Positions 20,335 to 31,070 of a stretch of DNA of 64,000 bases are shown here, one piece after another. The position numbers were made by a program, and so were the translations under genes. Position 1 is the stretch's first letter. Each line of letters opens with the position of its first letter. The notes under the pieces are model-generated. The model did no database searches, was not told the DNA's origin, and saw only the letters and a list, made by a program, of their open reading frames with translations. Source of the DNA: Desulfurococcales archaeon (GTDB taxonomy: Archaea; Thermoproteota; Thermoprotei_A; Sulfolobales; Desulfurococcaceae); NCBI GenBank assembly GCA_027022365.1, contig JALVYU010000031.1, forward strand, positions 352,001-416,000, written 5' to 3'.

Positions 20335-21357
20335 CTAGTACTTGATCCTCGGGTCTAGTAGGGCGTAGATCACGTCCACTATCAGGCTTATGACGGCGAC
20401 GAAGAATGCGAAGAATATTATCGCTCCCTGTATGGAGTTGTAGTCGCGGTACTCTATCCTGTCCACTATGAATGTGCCCATGCCGGGCCAGCTGAAAGTT
20501 GTCTCGGTAAGTATTGCTCCTCCAAGCAGGATGGCGAACTGGAGCCCCATAAGGGTTATCACGGGTATAAATGCGTTTTTGAGAGCATACCATGTTATCT
20601 TGTAGCGGGGTATACCCCTTGCCTTGTAGCTCCTTATGAAGTCCATGCTGAGGACATCCACCATGTTGTTCCTGACGAGCCTGGTGTAGGCACCGCTGAG
20701 CACTATTCCCAGGGTTAGGCCCGGGAGTATCAGGTGCTTGATACTGCTTATTAGGGCTGGTATGTTCCCCGTCAAGATGCTGTCCAGCACGTATAGCCCT
20801 GTTATTGTCTGGAGGCTTATCCTCGGATCAATCCTTCCACCAGTCGGTAGAACCCCTAGTATGACGCCGAAAACATACTGTAGAATCATGCCGAACCACG
20901 GTATGAAGAGCGTGTACGCCACTATGCTGTAGATCCTCATCCCCGTGTCGATCTTGCTCCCCCTCTTCAGAGCCGCTATCATCCCGGTCACCAAGCCTAT
21001 GATCACGCTGAACGTGAACCCCCAGATGGTCAGCTCGAGGGTTGCAGGGAACCTTGTAGCGATATAGTTTATCACTGGTACACCCATGGGGGAGGCAAGC
21101 GTTACCCCGAAGTTTCCGTGGAGCACGTTCCAGAGATAGTCGAAGTACTGAATGATCAAGGGCTTGTCCAGCCCGGCCAGATGCTCTAGGTGCTTGAGCT
21201 GTTCGGGCGGAATATTCCTGGTACCCACAACCGCTAGTATGGGGTTGCCGGGGAGGATCCTTAGGAGTATGAACACTATCGTGTAGAGGATTAGGATTGT
21301 CGGGATTATCATGAGCGCCCTTACCACTATGTAGTATCCGAGGCCCTTCTTCGCCAT
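20335..21357 (-). CDS. oppB: Oligopeptide/dipeptide ABC permease (OppB/DppB)
   Basis: LPGNP, RFPATLEL, ETTFSWPGMG and LLDPRIKY. Confidence 0.93.
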   Translation of the reverse strand: MAKKGLGYYIVVRALMIIPTILILYTIVFILLRILPGNPILAVVGTRNIPPEQLKHLEHLAGLDKPLIIQYFDYLWNVLHGNFGVTLASPMGVPVINYIATRFPATLELTIWGFTFSVIIGLVTGMIAALKRGSKIDTGMRIYSIVAYTLFIPWFGMILQYVFGVILGVLPTGGRIDPRISLQTITGLYVLDSILTGNIPALISSIKHLILPGLTLGIVLSGAYTRLVRNNMVDVLSMDFIRSYKARGIPRYKITWYALKNAFIPVITLMGLQFAILLGGAILTETTFSWPGMGTFIVDRIEYRDYNSIQGAIIFFAFFVAVISLIVDVIYALLDPRIKY

Positions 21358-21480
21358 CTATTACACCCTAATACCCTGCTCCATGATGACACCGTAAGCA
21401 CGGCTGTCTAGGGGATGGGAGAGGAAAAAGAGGATTAACCTAAGATCACCGGCTTAAAAACCGAGTGAATACGTTTATCC

Positions 21481-23172
21481 CTAGCCCTGCACCTTGTATA
21501 TCGTGTTGTACATCAGTATCATGGTGGGGCTGGGTATGATGCCACCGATATCGCTCCTTGTCACTATGAATAGCTTGCCCTGGAACAGCGGGACATATGG
21601 TACCTGCTCGGCAAGTATCTTCTGTACCTCCTCGTAGATCTTGGCGCGCTCCTGCTGATCGACTATTGTCTGCGCCTTCTCGAGCAGCTTGTTCACCGTC
21701 TCGTTGGCGAACCCTGTTCCGCTCCACCCGTTAGCGTTGCTGTCGAGGAACGGGGTCAGGTAGTCGTCGGGGTCGAGGTAGTCGGGATACCATCCCAGCA
21801 GGTATGCCTGTAGCTGTCCCTTCCTAATGTATGATACGTAGGTGCTCCACTCGGCGCTCTTGATCGTGACCTTTACCAGCCCGGTCTTCTCCCACTGCTG
21901 GGCTATGAGCTGCGCGATATCCGCCTCGGTGTCACCGTAGTGCGTCGGGGTGTACCACAGCGTTATCTCTAGGGGCTTGTCCTTGCTGTAGCCTGCCTGC
22001 TCGAGTAGCTTCTTGGCCAGCTCTATGTTGCCGTCACCATATATCTTGAAGGCGTCTATGTGGCTCCACAGCCCCTTGGGCACGAGGCTGTAGAGGGGCT
22101 CGCCAGCCCCCAGCAGTACGGTGTCGATGATCTGTTGCCTATCGATCGCAGCGGCCAACGCCTTCCTGACCAGCAGGTTGTTCGTCGGGGATACCTTGGT
22201 GTTGAAGCATATATACCTAATGAAGCTACCGGGCACCTCGATGACCTTGAACCCGCTCTGCTGCTTGAAGTACTGTATATCGGTTGGCCTCAGAGTCCTC
22301 CAGGCAATATCGATCTCGCCGCTCTCAAGCGCCAGTCTTAGAGCTGATGCGTCGCGGTAGAACTTAATGATTATCTTCTCCGTCTTGGGCTTCGGGCCGT
22401 AGTAGTACGGGTTGGCCTCGAGCACGAGCTCCACGTCACGGACGAACTTCACTATCCTGTACGGCCCTGCTCCTCCCCAGGTGGCGTCGCTCGCGATCTT
22501 GTCCTCCGGGTACTTGGGGTTAACCGGGAAGTATGGTGGTGTCGCGACTAGTGCTAGGAAGAAGCTGGTCGGCTGCTTCAGGTAGAACACCACGGTTCTA
22601 TCATCCTTGGCCACAACCTTCTCGACAAAGCTCGTCACGAGCCATGAGGGGTCTCCCTTGATCTTCATTACACGCTCAATACTCCTAACAACATCCTTTG
22701 CGGTCAGGAGGGTTCCATCGCTGAACTTGAGGTTTGGTCTGAGCACGAAAGTCCATACCTTGCCGTCACTGCTAACCGTCCAGTTCTCGGCCAGGCCAGG
22801 CACGATCTCGGTTGTTCCCGGCTTGTACTTGACGAGGCCCTCCATAACGTTGTAGAGGACCTCCCAGGTGAAGAAGTCATAAGCGTTGGCCGGGTCGAGG
22901 TCCGTAACCTTGTCGGTCACACCGATCACAATCTCGCTTGCGAGCTTCGCCTCCGTCGAACTAGCCGAGCTAGTTGGGGATGACGAAGGGGTTGATGACT
23001 CACTTGTTGTCGCAGAGGGGCTAGACGGTAACGAGGACGAAGTACTCGTAGGTGATGCGGGGGACTTGCCGGCCTGGAACGCGAAGTAGCCGGCCGCCAC
23101 GCCCACAATGATTATAGCGATGATTACCGCTATCGCTACCTGCTTAGATAAGGCTTTGAGCTTCAAGTCCAC
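21481..23172 (-). CDS. oppA: Oligopeptide/dipeptide ABC substrate-binding protein (family 5)
   Basis: N-terminal anchor, S/T linker, LDPANAYD, PGLAENW, KFSDG, GAGPY and GWYPDYLDPDDY. Confidence 0.93.
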   Translation of the reverse strand: MDLKLKALSKQVAIAVIIAIIIVGVAAGYFAFQAGKSPASPTSTSSSLPSSPSATTSESSTPSSSPTSSASSTEAKLASEIVIGVTDKVTDLDPANAYDFFTWEVLYNVMEGLVKYKPGTTEIVPGLAENWTVSSDGKVWTFVLRPNLKFSDGTLLTAKDVVRSIERVMKIKGDPSWLVTSFVEKVVAKDDRTVVFYLKQPTSFFLALVATPPYFPVNPKYPEDKIASDATWGGAGPYRIVKFVRDVELVLEANPYYYGPKPKTEKIIIKFYRDASALRLALESGEIDIAWRTLRPTDIQYFKQQSGFKVIEVPGSFIRYICFNTKVSPTNNLLVRKALAAAIDRQQIIDTVLLGAGEPLYSLVPKGLWSHIDAFKIYGDGNIELAKKLLEQAGYSKDKPLEITLWYTPTHYGDTEADIAQLIAQQWEKTGLVKVTIKSAEWSTYVSYIRKGQLQAYLLGWYPDYLDPDDYLTPFLDSNANGWSGTGFANETVNKLLEKAQTIVDQQERAKIYEEVQKILAEQVPYVPLFQGKLFIVTRSDIGGIIPSPTMILMYNTIYKVQG

Positions 23173-23274
23173 TCACCCTTCATGAAGACGTTGTTTATAC
23201 ACGTATAGAGGATAGGACACAAATATAAACTTTCCCAAACAGGTGGGAGGATCATTTGTATACCTAGTTATTTA

Positions 23275-23299
23275 TTCAATTATGTATATACGAATTGAA
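23275..23299. promoter_or_regulatory. Near-palindrome upstream of the opp operon
   Basis: TTCAATT-AT-GTATATAC-G-AATTGAA in the divergent intergenic region. Confidence 0.35.
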
Positions 23300-23569
23300 A
23301 AACAATATAAAAACACTCACAGAGGCTTATATAATACCGGCCTATATCCCTGCGTGATAGAGATTAAAGGTTTTCGTCACAGATGGAACCGAAAACAGTA
23401 CTAAACCAATAATATACTGGACTGGCAAACATGCGGCAGGGCACTGATCCTAGTCCTCCATCCACGACATAGCCGCCACGAATATAAAAAGGAGCCTACC
23501 AATACAAAAAAGCATCAAATACAAGAACATTTATATATAGTTATCAACAGATAAAAAAAAGGTGATATA

Positions 23570-24436
23570 GTGGCCCCCCATTCTAGGAAGAGAGCCCCAC
23601 ACATAGCGCTCATACTAGCACTCCTGCTGACCCTACCAGTACTAGTAGCGGTCAGCGTCCACGCCGCCAGCATGTACATATTCGGAACCGATAACCCGAG
23701 CCTAACATCACCAACGGAAAGCACATACATAGACAACCTACTAAATTGGATAAACAACGCCGCAAAATACGGTACCCACGGAGTCTCGAGCACAGTCGTC
23801 GATACCGGGGTGACGTCAGCCCAGATATTGTCCGCAGCGTCATCCGCGTCCGGCCCGGCGCTACTCTTCTTCGTCGGGCACGGCTACTATGAAACGATAA
23901 CCGTGGCTACCGGCACGTACACAATGTACTATATAGTCGACAACAATGAACAGCAAGTATACGATGAAGACATATATGAGCAGACGGCTGTAGGCAGATT
24001 CCACCTGGTATTCCTGCATTCCTGCTATCAGGGCCACGTCATAGGAGGAGTATTCAAGATAGGCGACTCCTACTACCACTACGGCATGCCACAGGCCTGG
24101 CTACATACATCCTTCCTATCCTCCAACGGCTACGGATCCCCAGACTACAGCGGCTACGTCTTCATAGGGTGGAGGAACGTGGCACCATTCTTGTCCTCCG
24201 ATATACTGGGCACCGATGATACGCTCTACAGGTTCATAGGGAACTTCTACGACAGCCTATTCGGATACTACACAGTAGCGGCACCAAGCGTTAACAAAGC
24301 GCTGGATTATGCTTCCCAAAAAGTGTTTGGACCTGGAATATTGTTTGGCGAATCACCGCTCTATAATGGCTTTGTTCTAGGTGGGATACAGACAAAAATG
24401 GTTGTGTATGGGGATGGGAGCTATGATGGCTGGTAG
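23570..24436 (+). CDS. Secreted protein with putative clan CD (caspase/gingipain/CHAT-fold) cysteine peptidase motifs
   Basis: Signal peptide; LFFVGHG, VFLHSCYQG and C-terminal VVYGDG. Confidence 0.55.
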   Translation: MAPHSRKRAPHIALILALLLTLPVLVAVSVHAASMYIFGTDNPSLTSPTESTYIDNLLNWINNAAKYGTHGVSSTVVDTGVTSAQILSAASSASGPALLFFVGHGYYETITVATGTYTMYYIVDNNEQQVYDEDIYEQTAVGRFHLVFLHSCYQGHVIGGVFKIGDSYYHYGMPQAWLHTSFLSSNGYGSPDYSGYVFIGWRNVAPFLSSDILGTDDTLYRFIGNFYDSLFGYYTVAAPSVNKALDYASQKVFGPGILFGESPLYNGFVLGGIQTKMVVYGDGSYDGW

Positions 24437-25694
24437 ATCCTCATATATCTTCGTATACGTTCTGGCCGCTATGATAGTCTTCTCGCTGCTCTCATACGGA
24501 GCGACGATCTCTGGTGCTAGTGAGGACGAGAACCAGTTCTTGAAGCCAGTGTTCATAGTCCTTAACAAGGTGTTGGGCTTCAACACGACCGGGTTCAGTG
24601 TCGCGCAGATCAGGTTTATGGGTGATGTCTACCCGGATAATCTGAAGAACATCTTCTCCTCTAACTACGATGTATTGTTGAAGAACGGGGAGAACTACAC
24701 GGTCTCTCTCGATGTTGTTTTGGTTAACCATGTGCTCGGGAGTGTAAAGTATCAGTTCTCGCTACCTCCACTTAGTGCTATTAGGCCTTTACCGAACATA
24801 ACTATGAAGAGTATCGGGAACCATGTATTGGTGAGCACTGGGTTCGTCAAGGAGTCTCTCCGCAGGGCCGCCGAGGTGATCCCGCTGATCTACGGTGATC
24901 ATGGGAGCCGCCTATACATGGTCATACGCCACACGCTCCAGAAGAGATTGCTGGGCCCATGGATCAGGGTATGGAATACCTCGGATGTGGATTACAAGAG
25001 ATATATGCGGCTGGAGGGCGATTACTGGCTAGAAGTACACTTGCTGTCCCCCACCCCGCTTGAACCGCAGGGCGCGGACGTCTACATATTTTACAGTGCT
25101 CGTCTCCCAATGGGTGTTAAGGCCAACTTCACGGTCATGCATATATCCATAATCAAGGAGAACGGCTCATGGATAATAAGCTCGTTCAGCGTGCCTCCGC
25201 AGTGCCTGAACATAAGGGTCTCCAGGTTCTCCGAGCCCCGTCACGATCTCGTGAAGAAGATGTTCGAGAAAGCCAGAACAGCGCTCGAGGCGTATCTCGA
25301 GAAGAACGGTATAGACGGCAAGATAGTGTCGATCAAGCCGTACAGCTGGGTATATCATTTAAAGGCCACCACGTATAGCCTAACCGTAATCCCGACAAAC
25401 ACGTCGATAATACTTGGAGTTGTTAAAACAAACAGTTCCACAATCTATTACGAGATAAAAGTTAACACCGAAACCCTCGTAAGTAGCGTGGAAACACTCG
25501 GAATACTAGGAAAACCCGTTGCTCCGGCTCACAGCGGCACAGCGACACCTGATGCGGGACAGCCAATGCCCTCTCAGCCCGAGTCTCAGGCGAACGGTTA
25601 TGGCATTCCGGTAAATACGGGGTTATGGGCTCTTGTTGCTGGGGCTGTCATAGTGTCTGTAGCCCTAGCCCTGTTAAGTCTTAAGAGAAAATAA
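24381..25694 (+). CDS. Hypothetical secreted, C-terminally membrane-anchored protein
   Basis: N-terminal hydrophobic signal (true start probably ~24423), P/S/T linker, C-terminal TM helix plus KRK; overlaps the upstream gene. Confidence 0.7.
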   Translation: MGYRQKWLCMGMGAMMAGRSSYIFVYVLAAMIVFSLLSYGATISGASEDENQFLKPVFIVLNKVLGFNTTGFSVAQIRFMGDVYPDNLKNIFSSNYDVLLKNGENYTVSLDVVLVNHVLGSVKYQFSLPPLSAIRPLPNITMKSIGNHVLVSTGFVKESLRRAAEVIPLIYGDHGSRLYMVIRHTLQKRLLGPWIRVWNTSDVDYKRYMRLEGDYWLEVHLLSPTPLEPQGADVYIFYSARLPMGVKANFTVMHISIIKENGSWIISSFSVPPQCLNIRVSRFSEPRHDLVKKMFEKARTALEAYLEKNGIDGKIVSIKPYSWVYHLKATTYSLTVIPTNTSIILGVVKTNSSTIYYEIKVNTETLVSSVETLGILGKPVAPAHSGTATPDAGQPMPSQPESQANGYGIPVNTGLWALVAGAVIVSVALALLSLKRK

Positions 25695-25821
25695 TTTTTT
25701 CCCTAGATCATCCCTTGATTGATTGTAATGGATTTTATGCGTGGTTCTTTATCCTAGATATTTTGAGATAATGTTAATATATTATTACGGCCTTATATTG
25801 TTCTGTCCAGGGTGTACATTT

Positions 25822-27087
25822 ATGGGTCTATGGGAATCCTACAAGAGATTCCCGGTGATCTATAAGATCCTTATCGGGTTCATCCTAGGCATCATTGCGG
25901 GGATTATAGTCGGTCCCGGTATTGCCGTGATCTATCCGCTGGGCACGCTATTGATCCGACTACTAAAGATGATCGTTGCACCCATTGTGCTGTTCTCACT
26001 AGTCGTTGGTGCCGCCAGTATAGCTCCTAAGAAGCTGGGAAAAATAGGTACAAAGATAATAATCTATTATCTAGCCACATCGGCTGTTGCAGTAGTGATA
26101 GGTATATTCATGGCGAGACTGTTCAACGTCGGTGCCGGCGTGAATCTCGTCAAGACCGGGGGAACACAGATCAAGGTCAGACAGCCGCCCAGCATTGTCG
26201 ATGTCCTCCTCAACATAGTCCCCACCAACCCATTCGCCGCGCTTACAGAGGGCAAGGTCCTCCAGATCATATTCTTCGCCATCGTTCTCGGCATAGCGCT
26301 CACCTACCTAATGAACAGTAAGAATGAGAGGCTAAGGAAGGCGGGCGAGACGACCTACCGTGTCTTCGACGGCCTGGCCGAGGCGATGTACAAGATAGTC
26401 AGGGGCATCCTAGAATACATGCCCATAGGAGTATTCGCGCTGATCGGCTATGTGGTTGCCAAGTATGGGCCGAAAATACTAGGTCCTCTAGCCATAGCTG
26501 TTGTAGCGCTCTATGTCGGCCTCTTCATACACATATTCCTGACCTATGGAGGTATACTCGCAGCCTTCAAACTAAACATCATCAAGTTCTTGAAGGGCGC
26601 CAAGGAGGCAATGCTGACAGCCTTCGTGACCAGGTCGTCATCAGGAACACTCCCAGTGACCATGAGGGTTGCGGATGAGAACCTCGGCGTTAAGAAGACG
26701 GTTTACTCGTTCACCCTACCACTTGGAGCAACGATCAACATGGACGGCACAGCTATGTACCAGGCAATAGCGACCTTCTTCATCGCCAACGCCCTAGGAA
26801 TACATCTAACCCTCGCCCAGCAGCTAATGATAGTAATGACAGCCGTACTGGCCTCGATAGGTACCGCTGGCGTACCGGGTGCAGGCCTTATAATGCTGGC
26901 GATGGTACTGCAGAGCGTCGGCCTACCCTTGACAGACCCTAACGTCGCGCTGGCCTACTCGATGATCGCAGGCATCGACGTCATACTAGACATGGGCAGG
27001 ACAATGGTCAATGTAACAGGAGACCTTGTAGGTACATCAATAGTTGCAAAGACGGAGGGAGAACTAGACCTGACCAAGTGGAAGTAA
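25822..27087 (+). CDS. glt: Dicarboxylate/amino acid:cation symporter (GltPh/GltTk-type aspartate symporter)
   Basis: [26 protein letters not shown] and [10 protein letters not shown]. The start [12 protein letters not shown] resembles the GltPh N-terminus. Confidence 0.95.
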   Translation: MGLWESYKRFPVIYKILIGFILGIIAGIIVGPGIAVIYPLGTLLIRLLKMIVAPIVLFSLVVGAASIAPKKLGKIGTKIIIYYLATSAVAVVIGIFMARLFNVGAGVNLVKTGGTQIKVRQPPSIVDVLLNIVPTNPFAALTEGKVLQIIFFAIVLGIALTYLMNSKNERLRKAGETTYRVFDGLAEAMYKIVRGILEYMPIGVFALIGYVVAKYGPKILGPLAIAVVALYVGLFIHIFLTYGGILAAFKLNIIKFLKGAKEAMLTAFVTRSSSGTLPVTMRVADENLGVKKTVYSFTLPLGATINMDGTAMYQAIATFFIANALGIHLTLAQQLMIVMTAVLASIGTAGVPGAGLIMLAMVLQSVGLPLTDPNVALAYSMIAGIDVILDMGRTMVNVTGDLVGTSIVAKTEGELDLTKWK

Positions 27088-27189
27088 GCCTCTATATAAT
27101 TATCTCAATATAATATTTCTTCTTAACTATTCATTCACTCAGGGATCAAAGAACACAGGGAGCCCGCATAATCTATTCTGAACAGCCCC

Positions 27190-27590
27190 ATGAAGTATCC
27201 GGCGATGTAGAACAAGCTATAATGGCATTAAAACAGAGATGACAGTATTAGAGTTAGACAATATGTCCAGATGAAGACCTGGCTCCAGATATACAAGTAT
27301 AGCGGCAACGAGATCATTGGTTCTGAGAATTAGATAGGATTTTACCAATGTATTCCGCGATAATGGCCTGGGCCCTTTCAGATGAAATGAGTATTCATGA
27401 TCATATCTATGAGGAAAGAATGTTGAACGACAAGATATCCATAGAAACCATTATGAAAAACGATAAGATAATCAAATCAGCCGAGAAGATGATTGAGGAG
27501 CTCAGGAGCTGGCACTATCTAATACCACCAAGTATATCAGCGATAGAAAGACCGGGACGAGTAGAAGGAAAAACAATAATATTAAGGTAA
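27190..27590 (+). pseudogene. Degenerate gene remnant, possibly PaREP1/HEPN-like
   Basis: The 80-aa ORF at 27348-27590 (SIHDHIYEE) appears to continue an upstream stop-interrupted frame (EVSGDVEQAIMAL). Family resemblance is weak. Confidence 0.25.
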
Positions 27591-27599
27591 TATGAAAAA

Positions 27600-30017
27600 T
27601 TACAGGCTACTCGACAGTTCCTTAATGATTTTCTCGGCCTGCTCCACTAACTGCTTGGCCTGCCCAACCATCTGCTGAGCAGCCGTTACATCGTCCTGCT
27701 TCAGCTTCTCCTCGGCCTTGTTCAGAAGCTGTGTCGCGTTGCCGAGTAGCTTGTATGCTTCTTCTATCATCTTCAGCGCTGTCTCGTTCTTCTCACGCTC
27801 GGCTTTTATCTTGAGCAGTGATAGTGTCTTGTTATCCTGGTAAATCTTGGCCTTCAGGGCCTTTATCTCGATCTCGAGCTGTACCTTAGCCTTTTCCTCG
27901 GCCGCCTTTATAAGTTTCTCCGCTTCGTCGACAAGCATCTTGGCCTCTATGATCTTGAGCTTTGCCTCGCCTACACATATTATAGCGTCAGCGGTCTTGT
28001 TCTCCCTGAGCATCTTCTCCGCATCGTCGAGCAGCTTCGATGCATTTACTAGTAGTTCTCTGGACTTGTTCAGTAGTTTCATCGCGTCCGTCACGTTGAG
28101 CTTCTCCGCTTCACTGTAAAGCTTGTCTATCCGTGTCATTGTCTTGTTGATGTCCTCCTTCATACTCTTGATAATCTTTTCCAGCTCCTGCTTAACTTTC
28201 TCCTCAACGTCCCTGATCATCTTCTTTACTTCCTCCATCTTCTTCTCAATCTTCTTGATCAGGTCCTTGACCATGTTGAGTATCTTGGCTGCATCGGTCA
28301 CGTTGCCTTGCTGGAGCGTCTTATTGGCTTCTTCAACCATTTTCAGTGCTTGCTGTAGAGTCTCGTTGAGCTCCGCGATCACCTTTTCTGCCTGGGTGGC
28401 ATTGATCTTCTCCGCCACCTGCATGAGCTTTGCTAGGGTCTTATTGTATTCTCTTAGTATTGTTATGGTCTTATTGATCTGGTTCTCGATGTCTATCTTG
28501 ACCTTCTTTACAGTCTCAATTACTCCTTCAGCAGTACTCATCGTAATGTTTACCTGTACGATGATCGAGTCTATCTTGTTGATTAATTGTAGCGCAACGG
28601 TCTCATTCACTTCTCCGTTCTTAACCATCTTCTCCAGCTCGGCATAGAGCTTCTTGGCCTCTTCCAGCATTTTCATTGCCTGCTTGATCATGTTTAATGC
28701 ATCGCTGCAGCCGCACTTCTCAGCTTCTTCAGCTATCTTCTTTAGATGTTTTTCGGCTTCCTCGATCCTAGTCTTTAGCTCCTTCAGCTTCTCAGCTACG
28801 TCCTTTACAATGTATTTAGCCGCGTTCTTCTCTATCATGCCCCATGCTTCGTGTAGCATTGTCTTTATCTCAGCCATTATTTTCAGTGCACCGGTGAGGT
28901 TGCCGTTCTCGATCATCTCCTCCGCTCTCATGGCTAGTCTGACCATTATCTTGTATTGCTCAATGGTCTTGTTTACCAGCTCATATAACCTCGTGTTATT
29001 AGTCTTGATCGCTTCTTCGCGTAGTCTCGCCAGGGCCTGGTTGAGGCTCCTGAGCCTATCCATTATCTCTTGTAGCGTCATGTTAGCTGTTTTCTTCACG
29101 GCTTCCTTCACGGCAGTTGCGTTGGCCGTCATATTTGTCTCTACATATACTTTAATTATCGGTATTGCCTGTTCGATGAGCTTCAGTGCTTGGCTCACAT
29201 GGGTTAGCGCCAGGTCTATTGATACGCTTATCTCCTTAGTCATATTGCTGATGGGGAGGCTCTTCTTGATTATTCTCAGTATGTCTACCGTCTTGTTTAG
29301 CTCGTGCATGGCCTTTATCATGAGCTTATAGGCTTCCTCTAGACTCTTGGTCTTCATCGTCGTGTTCACTGCTTGCAGCGACATAACCTCCACGGTGTCA
29401 GCGAATTCCCGGACATGCATGATCTTCGCTATATTGTCTACTTCTTTCACGACACTTATGATCTTCGCTGTGTTCCCGGTCTCTATTACCTTAGTTATAT
29501 TAACATATAGCTCGTGTAAGAGCTCCTTGTACTGCGTTGAAAGAGTCTTGTTGAGGCTCGCGATCACCTGGTCGACGATGGTCTTGATCACAGTCATGGT
29601 GACGTTTGATGGAGTGGTCTTTTCCAGGATGATAGCTAGTTCATGGTATACGGTGTTCTCCTCCGAAACCAGTTTCTCGAGCTGATCTACTGTCATGCTG
29701 TTTATCTTCATTGTAGAGATGCTGATCAGCTCCTTAACCTTACTCCTGAGGTCTTCTGGAATACTTGAAGCGTTGAGCGACCTATACGCCTTCTCGATCA
29801 TTATCTTCAGGAGTATTGCTTGGCTCCTCAGCACAGTCGCGTTTACGAGTGGACCGGGCTGTGTCTGCCCGTATGCCTGGATCCCGGCCGCCCACGTCAG
29901 AGTGGTTGCCGGGAGCAGAGATAACATTATTAGTGTTAGGACCATAATTGATCCTAGTAGCTTATACACGGCCTTCACGCCTCTCACCTCACCCCCTTTC
30001 TCTCTGTTCAAAACCAT
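27600..30017 (-). CDS. Large secreted alpha-helical repeat protein
   Basis: 805 aa with signal peptide (LTWAA), K/E-rich helices, five ~100-aa C-terminal repeats and many NxT sequons; no C-terminal TM helix. Confidence 0.8.
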   Translation of the reverse strand: MVLNREKGGEVRGVKAVYKLLGSIMVLTLIMLSLLPATTLTWAAGIQAYGQTQPGPLVNATVLRSQAILLKIMIEKAYRSLNASSIPEDLRSKVKELISISTMKINSMTVDQLEKLVSEENTVYHELAIILEKTTPSNVTMTVIKTIVDQVIASLNKTLSTQYKELLHELYVNITKVIETGNTAKIISVVKEVDNIAKIMHVREFADTVEVMSLQAVNTTMKTKSLEEAYKLMIKAMHELNKTVDILRIIKKSLPISNMTKEISVSIDLALTHVSQALKLIEQAIPIIKVYVETNMTANATAVKEAVKKTANMTLQEIMDRLRSLNQALARLREEAIKTNNTRLYELVNKTIEQYKIMVRLAMRAEEMIENGNLTGALKIMAEIKTMLHEAWGMIEKNAAKYIVKDVAEKLKELKTRIEEAEKHLKKIAEEAEKCGCSDALNMIKQAMKMLEEAKKLYAELEKMVKNGEVNETVALQLINKIDSIIVQVNITMSTAEGVIETVKKVKIDIENQINKTITILREYNKTLAKLMQVAEKINATQAEKVIAELNETLQQALKMVEEANKTLQQGNVTDAAKILNMVKDLIKKIEKKMEEVKKMIRDVEEKVKQELEKIIKSMKEDINKTMTRIDKLYSEAEKLNVTDAMKLLNKSRELLVNASKLLDDAEKMLRENKTADAIICVGEAKLKIIEAKMLVDEAEKLIKAAEEKAKVQLEIEIKALKAKIYQDNKTLSLLKIKAEREKNETALKMIEEAYKLLGNATQLLNKAEEKLKQDDVTAAQQMVGQAKQLVEQAEKIIKELSSSL

Positions 30018-30028
30018 ATAAGAATCCC

Positions 30029-30058
30029 CGTGAAACCCGCCGTGAAACCCGTGAAACC
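30029..30058 (+). repeat. Three direct copies of CGTGAAACC, putative regulator-binding site
   Basis: Copies at 30029-30037, 30041-30049 and 30050-30058 in the 114-bp divergent intergenic region. Confidence 0.75.
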
Positions 30059-30131
30059 AGGTAATGCTATAAATACCGATACTTATTATTCACGTTAAGA
30101 AATACAGTGTATCTGGAGGTATGTTCAAAAC

Positions 30132-31070
30132 ATGTTGATTAGAAATTCGATATTAGTAATTTACGCAGCGCTCGTTATCGGGCTCCTTGTAGCCGCGCTA
30201 CCTCAAGTCACGGCGCAACAGAGCTACAGTGCAGAGATAATAATTGATTCTAATGGCGTGGTAAAAGTAGTAATTAACGGTACCGCCGTCTCCGGGCTTA
30301 ACAAGTACCCTGCCCCCGTCGACCCGATCATATCTACGATGACCGCCATGCTTAACGGGAAGGAAGTCGCGTCAATATACGTTAACAAGACAATATATAT
30401 AGCAACCACAGCTAACGGCACAATACAGATACAATACATAGGAAACATCACGAGCAACAACAACTATCTCGAATTCAACATAAACAATATAGGAGCACCC
30501 GTAAAGATAGTCTTATCCCCCAACATAGTCCTCCTCAGCATACCAAGCAACATCATAAGCGTTAGAAACATCGATGGGAAACTAGTAATGGTTATACTCC
30601 CACCGGCCACGATAAAGTACACGATCACGAAGACCGTGCAGACAGCCACGCCCGTGCCGACCGGGACTGCTTCGGCGGCACCGCCACAGCAGACAACGTC
30701 TACTCCCGTATCAAAGAGTCAGTCCGGGGGGCAGAACACCGGCGCGTCGCCCGGACAGCCCATCGTTCCCACGACAACCACCTATATCGTGGCAGCGATT
30801 ATCGCTGCGGCCGTGATTGGTGTAGCGGTATATTATTTCAAAAAGACAAGGGCGGCGAATATCCCCGACATACTAGATAGGGCTGACAAGATGATCCTCG
30901 AAGAGATAAGAAGAGCTGGAGGGACTATAATGCAGGGCGAGCTCCAGAAGATCCTCGGCTTCCCCAAAGCCACGCTATGGAGAAGGGTTAAGAAGCTCGC
31001 CCAGCTCGGTTTTTTAGAGATCGTCAAGGAAGGGAACTCTAATAGGTTAATACTAAAAAAGAAAATATAA
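30132..31070 (+). CDS. Membrane-anchored transcriptional regulator with C-terminal winged HTH (COG2512-like)
   Basis: Signal peptide, beta-rich ectodomain, T/P linker, TM helix, then GGTIMQGELQKILGFPKATLWRRVKKLAQLGFLEIVKEG. Confidence 0.85.
   Translation: MLIRNSILVIYAALVIGLLVAALPQVTAQQSYSAEIIIDSNGVVKVVINGTAVSGLNKYPAPVDPIISTMTAMLNGKEVASIYVNKTIYIATTANGTIQIQYIGNITSNNNYLEFNINNIGAPVKIVLSPNIVLLSIPSNIISVRNIDGKLVMVILPPATIKYTITKTVQTATPVPTGTASAAPPQQTTSTPVSKSQSGGQNTGASPGQPIVPTTTTYIVAAIIAAAVIGVAVYYFKKTRAANIPDILDRADKMILEEIRRAGGTIMQGELQKILGFPKATLWRRVKKLAQLGFLEIVKEGNSNRLILKKKI

Noticed and set aside
30029-30058. Repeat as a mini-CRISPR array
   Set aside because: Units are only 9 bp with 0-3 bp gaps, with no spacers or cas genes.
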